DNA of 64,000 nt, from NCBI GenBank assembly GCA_965228475.1, contig OZ245817.1, positions 2,784,001-2,848,000 of the forward strand. Direction: 5' to 3'. The notes below the pieces were generated by a model, which was not told the DNA's origin, searched no databases, and saw only the letters and a program-made list of their open reading frames with translations. The DNA comes from Myxococcota bacterium. Its GTDB lineage: Bacteria > Myxococcota_A > UBA9160 > JAFDDA01. Of the stretch, positions 40,172 through 48,550 are shown one piece after another (within the stretch, counting starts at the first letter, position 1; each line of letters begins with the position of its first letter). Made by a program: the position numbers and the translations under genes.

Positions 40172-40441
40172 GGGCCTGAGATCTGAAATTCTGAATGAAT
40201 TCAGGCCATTGAGACCGGGTATCGGATTTTCGGAGGAAGAGGTTTTCTGAAATGGGAAAAAGAATTCCCACCTCTGGAACCACTCGTCCAACTCCTGGAC
40301 GTGTAGGCCATTCGACGCGCCGTCCTTCCGTGGCGGCACCGCTCACACCACCCGCGAACCTCGTTCCGGGACTCCGCATCCTTCGCGTGGGCGCCGTGGA
40401 CTCGGCACGGTCGGACTCCGATCCGCCGCTATGGTTGCCGC

Positions 40442-43438
40442 ATGTCGCGCTCGCTACGCACCGGGCTCTCCCTTCTGCTCGTCGTTTCGGCCTTGCCGGG
40501 TGCGGGCTGCCAGCAGGAACCCGTCGACCCGGCCGCCGAACGAGCGGCGCTCGCATGGGAGCAGATGGTGGCGCGCGAGGAAGCCTTGCGCGCACTCGGC
40601 CCGGCGCTCCGCGACCTCGGCCGCTCCGTGATGAACCTTCGCCTCCCCGACCCGAGCGCACGAGCGCGCTTCGGCGTGGTAGCGGTGACGGACGATCTCG
40701 CCGTGCCCACCGCCGCGGGCGCGCCTTCGGGCGTCGCCCGGACGCGAGCCCTCACGGTCCAGCCGATGGGGGAGCCCGCCGCCCCCTCTGGCATCTCGCT
40801 CTGGGACGATCTCTTCGCACGATTCGCCTTCTTCGAACACGCGTCCTTCCAGGCCGAGGCGGGTGATTTCGAAGATGCGGAGCGAACGCGGCTCACCGCG
40901 GCGGTCCGCTTCCGCGCAGCGGGCCGACTCGAAGGAGGATCGCGCGCCGCCCTGCGCGGCCAACTCGAACTCGGCTTCGAGCGAGTCGGCGACCACCCGC
41001 CGGACGACCCGGAGGCTTGGCGCATCGCGTCCTGGCGCACCCTCGGCTTCGAGTTCCAGGAGAGCGCCGGCGCGATGTTCCGAGAGGTCCTCGACGCCGC
41101 CCTGCCCGACCCCGAGGCGCTCCGACGGGCGCGCGAATCCAAGCACGCGCGGCTGGCCGCTGCCCGCCTGGCCGATCCGGACGGCTTCGAGCCGCCGCAC
41201 GCCCATTTCTTCGTGGGCTCCCAGGACCGTCACCCCGGCGTCTCGGTCGTGGACGTGAACGCCGACGGGCTCGACGACGTCTACGTGATGGCCCGCTTCG
41301 GACCGAACCAGCTCTTCGTGAATCGCGGCGACGGCACCTTCACCGAGCAGGCCGCGGCCTACGGCCTCGACGTGGAGGACCACACCGCCGCGGCGCTCTT
41401 CGCCGACTTCGACAACGACGGCGATCCGGACGTCTTCCTCGGCCGGACGCTGGCGCCGAGCCTGTATCTCGAGAACCGGGAAGGTCGCTTCGTCGACACG
41501 TCGAGCGCAGTCCTCGGGGGAGCCGCGCTCCCGGCCCTCGTGAGCTCCCTCGCCGCCGCCGACGTGGACGGCGATGGCCTGCTCGACCTCTACGTCTCGA
41601 CCTACGCGGCGCAGATGCTCGTGGCCGAGGCCGTCGCCAAGGATCGTTCGCGCCGCGAGCTCGGGACGGCACCCGCCACGAGCCTCCTCGAGGCCTTCCT
41701 TCCGCGCCCCGACGCGGAGCGCCTCATGGCGGCCACCCGCGAGGCAGGAGCTCACGAGTACATGTCGCTTCCCGGACCCCCGAACCTGCTCCTCCGCAAC
41801 GCCGGAGGCGGACGCTTCGAAACGAGTCCGGCGGGCGTCGAGCGCGCCTTCCGCAACACCTTCCAGGCCACCTTCGCCGACGTCGACGCCGACGGCGACC
41901 CGGACCTCTACCTCGCCCACGACTTCTCCCCGAACCAGATGCTGCGCAACGAGGGCGCGGGCCGTTTCGCCGACGTGACGGAGCCCACGGGCACCGCCGA
42001 CGTCGGCTTCGGCATGGGCGCCGCCTTCGGCGACTACGACCGTGACGGGCGCGAGGACCTCTACGTCTCGAACATGTTCAGCAAGGCCGGAAAGCGGATC
42101 ACGACGAGCTTCGACGGGGCCGACCCCCGGCTCGCGAAGATGGCCCGCGGCAACACCCTCTTCCGCAACGCCGGTGAGCTTGCCGGCGAGCGCTTCGAAG
42201 TCGTGTCGGGCACCGAGCCGCCGGCCCTCGCCGTCGAGGAGGCCGCCTGGGCCTGGGGCGGGCAGTTCCTCGACGCCGACAACGACGGCTTCCTCGACGT
42301 CTTCGCGCTCTCGGGCTACTACACCGCGCCCACCGACGTCGAATCCTTCGTGGACATCTGAAGCGACTGGTGGCGCGCGGTCGTGCGCACGGATCCGGCG
42401 CTGGAGTTTCCCGACGCCTTCGCCTTCGAGGGCGTGAATCTTCCCGGCCGCCACTTCACGGACGGCGTCTCCCAGAGCGGCCGGGAGCGGAACCACTTCT
42501 TCCTGAGCCGCGAAGCGGCGCGCTTCGACGACGTCTCCGGACTTTCCGGACTCGACCACCCCGCCGACGGCCGCGCCTTCGCCGTACTCGACTTCGACCG
42601 CGACGGCTTCCCGGACCTCGCCGTGGTGAACGCCAACGAGCCGTTCTTCCAGCTCTTCCGCAACGAGCTCGGCGATGCCGGCGGACGCTTCCTGGTCGTC
42701 ACCCTCGAGGGCGCCAACCGCACCGCCGCAGCGCGCCCCGGGTCGAGCCCGCGTGACGGCGCCGGGGCCCGCGTCGAAGTCCGCGTCGGTGAGACGCGGC
42801 TCCTTCGCGAGTTCCGGCTCGGCGAAGGCTTCGCCGCCCAGAACCATGGACGCCTGCTCTTCGGCCTCGGCGAAGCGGACCGCGCCGAGGCGGTCGAAGT
42901 GGTCTGGCCGTCCGGGGAGCGCCAGCAGCTCACCGCGGTCGAAGCCGGCACCCGTGTGCATTTCCGCCAGGACGCCGACCCCGAACGGCTCGCGTGGACG
43001 CCGACCCCGCCGCCGGCCGCAGCGCCCCGCGACGGCGGCGCCCGGCTCCTCGCGAACCTCCCGGACCCGAGCGGCCGCCCGCTCCGGGTCCTCACCACCC
43101 AGGCCAACTGGTGCGAAGCCTGCGTCGCCGAGCTGCCGCACGTCGCCCTCCTCCGGGACGCCTTCCAGGACGCGAGCTGGTGGGGCATCCCCGTGGAACC
43201 CGCGGACGACCGGGCCGCGCTCGAACGCTGGCGTGCCGAGCACCGCCCGGCCTACGAACTCCTCGTCGACCTTCCGCTCGCTGCACGCGCGGCCGCCTCG
43301 GCGCACGTGAAGCGCGCCCTCGGCCGGGAGGCCCTGCCCGCCACGATCGTGACGGATGCGGAGGGCCGGGTGCTCCGGACCCGCTTCGGGCCGCCGACGA
43401 TCTCCGAGCTTCGCGCCCTGCACGCGAGCCTCCCCTAG
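40442..43438 (+). CDS. Secreted FG-GAP/CRTAC1-like + ASPIC/UnbV + thioredoxin-like (CxxC) lipoprotein with in-frame TGA at codon 640 (candidate selenocysteine)
   Basis: ORFs 40442-42361 and 42383-43438 are in one frame separated only by TGA 42359-42361 (FVDI*SDWWRAVV); DxDxDG repeats on both sides; UnbV-like DGAGARVEV..GEGFAAQN..LLFGLG..VVWPSG; C-terminal WCEAC...LPATIV; N-terminal GAGC lipobox-like site. Confidence 0.75.
42362..42402 (+). promoter_or_regulatory. Putative bacterial SECIS element
   Basis: UGA-AGCG-a-CUGG-ug-GCGCGC-GGUC-GUGCGC-acggau-CCGG-CGCU; GGUC loop 17 nt after UGA. Confidence 0.65.
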
Positions 43439-43448
43439 GATCCCCCAC

Positions 43449-44249
43449 GTGAGACGAAGACTCGCGAGCCCGGCCCTGCTCTGCGCACTCCTCTTGGCCG
43501 TGAGCGGCTGTGGGCCCGAGCGCCGCTTCGAGGCCGCGCGGCGCGGAGCCGTCGAGTACTTCGCGCGAGAGGTCCGGACGGTCGACCCGGGCTGGGCCAA
43601 CCTGTTCGGCTACCTCCATCGGCGCTTCGGCCTCGAGCTCGTGAACGCGGCCGGCGCCGCGCTCCACGAAGTCCCGATGGAGCAGGAGCGCCCGGAGCTC
43701 GCGGCCATCTTCCGGCGCCTCGTCGATCCGGGCGCCCGCGTCCCGAAACGGACGATCGCCGAGCTCTCGACGCCGATCGACCGGATGACGGCGAGCGCCT
43801 TGCATTGCGATCGCATCCGCCTGCCCGAGAACTGGAACGACGTGCTCCGCGAGGCGACGCGCATCGGCGGGTACGCCCTCACCCACGCCGCGCTCGCGAG
43901 CCAATGGACCCTCGAGCAGGGCTGCCGGCCGGAGATCGAGGTCGCCGTCCTGCAGGAGCGTCAGATCGAGGCGCTCGGCGCGCTCGTGGACGGACGCGAC
44001 ACCCTCACCGTCGGGAACGCGACCGACCTGTGGATCGAGGCGCTCGTGATGCTCTACTACCTGGGCGCGGCGGACCGCATCGACCCCGCGTGGCTCGAGG
44101 CGCTGCTCGATGCCCAGCGCCCCGACGGCGGCTGGCCGCTCGGGCCCGGCGCGAAGCGCTCGGACCCGCATCCGACGGCCCTCGCCCTCTGGGTCCTGCT
44201 CGAGAACCTCGAGCCCGACGCGGCCCCCATCCGCTGGATCGCGCGCTAG
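43449..44249 (+). CDS. Lipoprotein of unknown function, alpha-helical with a prenyltransferase/squalene-cyclase-like repeat
   Basis: GTG 43449; lipobox VSGC; YALTH, LLDAQRPDGGW, HPTALA. Confidence 0.65.
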   Translation: MRRRLASPALLCALLLAVSGCGPERRFEAARRGAVEYFAREVRTVDPGWANLFGYLHRRFGLELVNAAGAALHEVPMEQERPELAAIFRRLVDPGARVPKRTIAELSTPIDRMTASALHCDRIRLPENWNDVLREATRIGGYALTHAALASQWTLEQGCRPEIEVAVLQERQIEALGALVDGRDTLTVGNATDLWIEALVMLYYLGAADRIDPAWLEALLDAQRPDGGWPLGPGAKRSDPHPTALALWVLLENLEPDAAPIRWIAR

Positions 44250-44263
44250 GGCTGGATCCCGCG

Positions 44264-45406
44264 CTAGGGCCGGGCGTCGATCAGGGCGCGGAGCTCCGCA
44301 AGCTCCTCGGCATCCCCGGGCGGAAGCGACTCCTCCGCACTCTCGAAGCTCGCCAGCAGCTCGCGCTCGAGCAGGGCGAAGGCATCGCGCGCCAGGGGTT
44401 CGCCCGGCGCCATGCGGATGGAGGTCTCGAGCAGGAACGGAGCGGAGGTGACCCAGTAGTTGCGTCCGATCCACGCCTCGGTGAGTCCGAGCAGGTAGTA
44501 GGCCTCCGCCGTCTCCGCGGAGGGGCCGGGGTCCGCCTCGACGAAGCGCTCCAGCACACTCGAAGCGGCCACGTAGTGAGCGACGGATCGATGGCTGTCC
44601 GGGACCGTGGCGAGGCCGCGCGCCTCTTCGACGAGGGCCCGGGCCACGGCGAGCCGCGGCGGCCCCGCCGTACGCGCGCGCAGCTCCGGAAGCGCCGCGA
44701 TCCACGCTTCGACGTCGCGGCGAAGGGCCGACCAGAGATCGGGCCGGCGGGCGAATCGTTCGAGCACGGGAACCGGGCGATCGAAGTCCTGCTGGATCCG
44801 GACCGAAACCACGAGCAGATCGGTCAGGGCCCCGAGCAGCATCGCCGGATGATCGGGCGAAGCCAGCTGGGCCTCGATCGTGGCCAGCGCGTCGTCGAAA
44901 CGCCGCGTCGCCAGCTGAAGGGCCGCACGCTGGTCGGGAGGCAAGGCGGCCAGCCCTTCGACGTCGAGGAAGCCCTTCGCGAGCGGCCGATCGGCCGTAT
45001 CGGGGAGCCGCGAATGGCACACGATGCAGCTCTCCGTGATGCGACGGACGAGGAACGCAGCCCGATCGCGGCGGCCCGCTTCGTAGGCCTGGGCGACCCG
45101 TGCGGTGTCGTAGGCGATCGACCGCGCGAGGAAGCCGCCCTGGGCATCCCCCTCGACGTGATCCACGAGCCGGTCGGTGCTGGTCGACAGCCGAGCCAGC
45201 GCCGCCTCGAACTCGGCGGCCTTCGCGGGGTCCTCGAAGGGCTCCGGTTCGGCACTCGCCGGCAACAAGACCTGGATCGCCCGGTAGATCTCCCCCATCA
45301 GCGCCCGCGTCTCGGTATCGCCGCCGGGCGTGGTCTCGTCACTGCCGCACGCGACCACGCACAGCGCCGCCAACACCGCCGCCGCCCGGAACCCCCTTCG
45401 CACCAT
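44264..45406 (-). CDS. Monoheme c-type cytochrome lipoprotein with TPR-like helices
   Basis: Lipobox VVAC; single CIVCH; AEAYYLLG TPR-like segment. Confidence 0.75.
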   Translation of the reverse strand: MVRRGFRAAAVLAALCVVACGSDETTPGGDTETRALMGEIYRAIQVLLPASAEPEPFEDPAKAAEFEAALARLSTSTDRLVDHVEGDAQGGFLARSIAYDTARVAQAYEAGRRDRAAFLVRRITESCIVCHSRLPDTADRPLAKGFLDVEGLAALPPDQRAALQLATRRFDDALATIEAQLASPDHPAMLLGALTDLLVVSVRIQQDFDRPVPVLERFARRPDLWSALRRDVEAWIAALPELRARTAGPPRLAVARALVEEARGLATVPDSHRSVAHYVAASSVLERFVEADPGPSAETAEAYYLLGLTEAWIGRNYWVTSAPFLLETSIRMAPGEPLARDAFALLERELLASFESAEESLPPGDAEELAELRALIDARP

Positions 45407-45539
45407 GGAACACCCCCTGTTCGCTCGAGCCTTTCAGTGAAACCTCCGACACCCAACGCCGATTGCAACCCTTCGGGCCGCATCGACCCCGGGAAACCGC
45501 CGGCTAGGCTGAGGGGACGCCCGGCCCGGAGAGGAGACG

Positions 45540-47093
45540 ATGCAGCTCGACCCCGCCCGCGAAGTTCGCCTCGTCCTCGGGGATCAGCTCGATGCCCGGC
45601 ACGAGTGGTTCGCCGAGGCCGACCCGGGCGTCCTCTACCTGATCATGGAAATGCGCCAGGAGACGGACTACGCGCGGCACCACGTGCAGAAGGTCCTCGC
45701 ATTCTTCCTCGCCATGCGGGCGTTCGCGGACGAGCGCCGCGCCGACGGGCACCGGGTGCACTACCTCGCGCTCGACGACCCGGCCAACACGCACTCGCTC
45801 GCGGAGAACCTCGAAGCCGTCCTCGAGGCCTGCGGAGCCCGCCACTTCGCCTACCAGGAACCGGACTCCTGGCGCGTCGACCGGCAGCTCGCCGCCTTCA
45901 CCGAGACACTCGAAGGCGTCGAGTCCCGCAGGGTCGAGGACGCCCACTTCCTGACTCGCCGCCACGAAGCCGCCGAACACTTCCGCGGCAAGAAGACGTG
46001 GGTGATGGAGAGCTTCTACCGCGCGATGCGGAAGAAGCACGCCATCCTGATCGAGTCCGACGATGCGCCGGCCGGGGGCAAGTGGAACTTCGACGCCTCG
46101 AACCGCAAGCGGCTTCCGAAGGGCCTGGCACCCCCTCCGCCCCGGGTCTTCGACCGGGACGTCGGCGACCTGCTCTCGATGCTCGACCGCTGCGGCGTCG
46201 AGACCCTCGGCCGGGTCGAGCCGGATCGTTTCGGATGGCCCGTCACCCGCGAGGAAGGCCTCGAGACCCTGCGCTACTTCGTCGACACGCTGCTGCCCCA
46301 CTTCGGCGACTACCAGGACGCGATGACCCCCGAGAGCTGGAGCCTCTTCCACTCCCGCCTCTCCTTCGTCCTGAACGCGAAGCTCATCTCGCCGCGGGAG
46401 GTCGTCGCGGCGGTCGAGGCGCGCTGGCGGTCCGACCCGGAGCACGCCGACATCGCCCAGGTCGAGGGTTTCGTGCGCCAGGTCCTCGGCTGGCGCGAGT
46501 ACATGCGGGGCCTCTACTGGGAGCACATGCCGGAGTTCGCCGAACGGAACTTCTTCGCTCACGACCGCCCCCTGCCGGGCTGGTACTGGACCGGCGAAAC
46601 CCGCATGGCCTGCCTGCGCCACGCCATCGGCCAGACCCTCGACCACGCCTACGCCCACCACATCCAGCGGCTCATGGTGACCGGGAACTTCGCGCTGCTC
46701 GTCGGCGTGGACCCGGACGCCGTCGACGCCTGGTACCTCGGCGTCTACGTCGACGCGCTCCACTGGGTCGAGGTCACCAACACCCGGGGCATGAGCCAGT
46801 TCGCCGACGGCGGCCTGGTCGGGACCAAGCCCTACGTGAGCAGCGCCAACTACCTGAAGAAGATGGGGCCCTATTGCACCGGCTGCGCCTACTCCGCCAG
46901 CGAGCGCGTGGGAGAAGGCGCCTGCCCGTTCAACAGCCTCTACTGGCACTTCCACCATCGCCACCGGGAGAAGCTCGAGGGCAACCCGCGGATCGGCATG
47001 GTCTACCGGACGTGGGACAAGATGTCGCGCGAACGGCGCGAGGCCCTGCTCTCGACGGCCGAGGCCCACCTCGAGAACCTCGAGCAGCTCTAG
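45540..47093 (+). CDS. FeS-type cryptochrome/(6-4) photolyase family protein (PhrB/CryB-like)
   Basis: LVLGDQL, HHVQK, MESFYR, GGKWNFD..NR, FGDYQDAM, QVLGWREY, HHIQRLM; four FeS Cys in MACL, YCTGC, ACPFN. Confidence 0.93.
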   Translation: MQLDPAREVRLVLGDQLDARHEWFAEADPGVLYLIMEMRQETDYARHHVQKVLAFFLAMRAFADERRADGHRVHYLALDDPANTHSLAENLEAVLEACGARHFAYQEPDSWRVDRQLAAFTETLEGVESRRVEDAHFLTRRHEAAEHFRGKKTWVMESFYRAMRKKHAILIESDDAPAGGKWNFDASNRKRLPKGLAPPPPRVFDRDVGDLLSMLDRCGVETLGRVEPDRFGWPVTREEGLETLRYFVDTLLPHFGDYQDAMTPESWSLFHSRLSFVLNAKLISPREVVAAVEARWRSDPEHADIAQVEGFVRQVLGWREYMRGLYWEHMPEFAERNFFAHDRPLPGWYWTGETRMACLRHAIGQTLDHAYAHHIQRLMVTGNFALLVGVDPDAVDAWYLGVYVDALHWVEVTNTRGMSQFADGGLVGTKPYVSSANYLKKMGPYCTGCAYSASERVGEGACPFNSLYWHFHHRHREKLEGNPRIGMVYRTWDKMSRERREALLSTAEAHLENLEQL

Positions 47094-47155
47094 GAAGGCG
47101 CGATCGAGGCGCTCGCGAGCCCGGGGACGGAGTAGAATCGGCCGACGGAGGGACC

Positions 47156-48550
47156 ATGGCCTTCTCCGAACGCCTCACCGCTCTCGACGCATCGTTCCTG
47201 GACATCGAGGACCCGGGCACCCACATGCACGTGGGCGCCGTGCTGCTGCTCGACGCCGCGCCGGTGCGCGACGCCGACGGGCACCTCGATGCCGGCCGCA
47301 TCACCCAGATGGTCGGCGCCCGCATCCACGACTTCCCGCGCTATCGCCAGCGGCTGGAGACCATCCCCGTCGAGGGCCACCCGGCCTGGGTGGACGATGC
47401 GGACTTCAACCTCGACTACCACGTCCGGCACACGGCCCTGCCCGCGCCCGGGGACATCCGCCAGCTCAAGCGCCTGGCCGGCCGCATCATGTCCCAGAAG
47501 CTCGACCGCGGAAAACCGCTGTGGGAGATGTGGCTCGTCGAGGGGCTCGAGGGCGACCGCTTCGCAGTGATCGCGAAGGTGCATCACTGCATGATCGACG
47601 GGGTTTCGGGCGTCGACCTGATCGCGGCCCTGCTGCGTCCGACGCCGGACGCGGAGGTCGAAACCGCTCCGCCCTGGGAGCCGCGGCCCGCGCCCTCGGG
47701 CGGCGCCCTGCTCTCCTACAGCGTCGCGCGGCGTGCGCTGGCCCCGCTGACCCTCGCCCGCAAGGCCGGAGACGCCGTCCGCTCCCCCCGCAGGACGATC
47801 GGCTCCCTGCGCGACGGCCTGGATGCGGTGACCGAGGTGATCGGCGCGGGCCTCACCGGGGCCTCGCCCACGTCACTCAATCCGGAGGCCATCGGGCCGC
47901 ACCGCCGCTTCGATTGGATCCGCTTCGAACTCGAAGCCATGCGCAAGCTCGCCCACTCGCGCGGAGGGACCCTGAACGATGCGGTCCTCGCCACCGTCGC
48001 CGGAGCCCTCCGCTCCTTCCTGCGCAATCGCGGCGACGACGTCGACGAGCTCGACTTCCGCGTGATGGTCCCGGTCAGCACCCGCGAGAAGGACGAGCGC
48101 GGAAAGCTCGGCAACCGCGTCTCGCAGATGATGGTGCCCCTGCCGGTGAACGCCTCGATGCCCCAGGACCGCCTCATGCGCATCCTCGAGGCCACGAGCG
48201 AGGCGAAGCGTTCGGGCCAGGCCTACGGCGCCGAGCTGATCGAGAACTTCAGCGATTGGATCATGCCGGGGCTCGTCACCCAGACCGTGCGGCTCCAGGC
48301 ACGCTCCCTGCCCTTCAACCTGGTGGTGACCAACGTGCCGGGGCCGCCGGTGCCGCTCTACCTGCTCGAAGCCCCGCTGCTCGAGATCTATCCCGTCGTG
48401 CCGCTCTTCAGCAACCAGGCGCTCGGGCTGGCGCTCTTCAGCTACAACGACGCCCTCTACTGGGGTCTCAACTCCGATTGGGACCGCGTGCCGGATCTCC
48501 ACGACTTCGTGGAGGCGCTGATCAGCTCCTGGCAGGAGCTCGAGAAGTAG
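47156..48550 (+). CDS. Wax ester synthase / diacylglycerol acyltransferase
   Basis: RLTALDASFL, MHVG, LDRGKPLWE, catalytic HHCMIDG, TLNDAVL, VTNVPGP. Confidence 0.95.
   Translation: MAFSERLTALDASFLDIEDPGTHMHVGAVLLLDAAPVRDADGHLDAGRITQMVGARIHDFPRYRQRLETIPVEGHPAWVDDADFNLDYHVRHTALPAPGDIRQLKRLAGRIMSQKLDRGKPLWEMWLVEGLEGDRFAVIAKVHHCMIDGVSGVDLIAALLRPTPDAEVETAPPWEPRPAPSGGALLSYSVARRALAPLTLARKAGDAVRSPRRTIGSLRDGLDAVTEVIGAGLTGASPTSLNPEAIGPHRRFDWIRFELEAMRKLAHSRGGTLNDAVLATVAGALRSFLRNRGDDVDELDFRVMVPVSTREKDERGKLGNRVSQMMVPLPVNASMPQDRLMRILEATSEAKRSGQAYGAELIENFSDWIMPGLVTQTVRLQARSLPFNLVVTNVPGPPVPLYLLEAPLLEIYPVVPLFSNQALGLALFSYNDALYWGLNSDWDRVPDLHDFVEALISSWQELEK

Noticed and set aside
40180..40270. AT-rich patch as foreign DNA or a mobile element scar
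   Set aside because: Short, with no transposase, integrase or terminal repeats; better explained as part of a sigma-54 promoter
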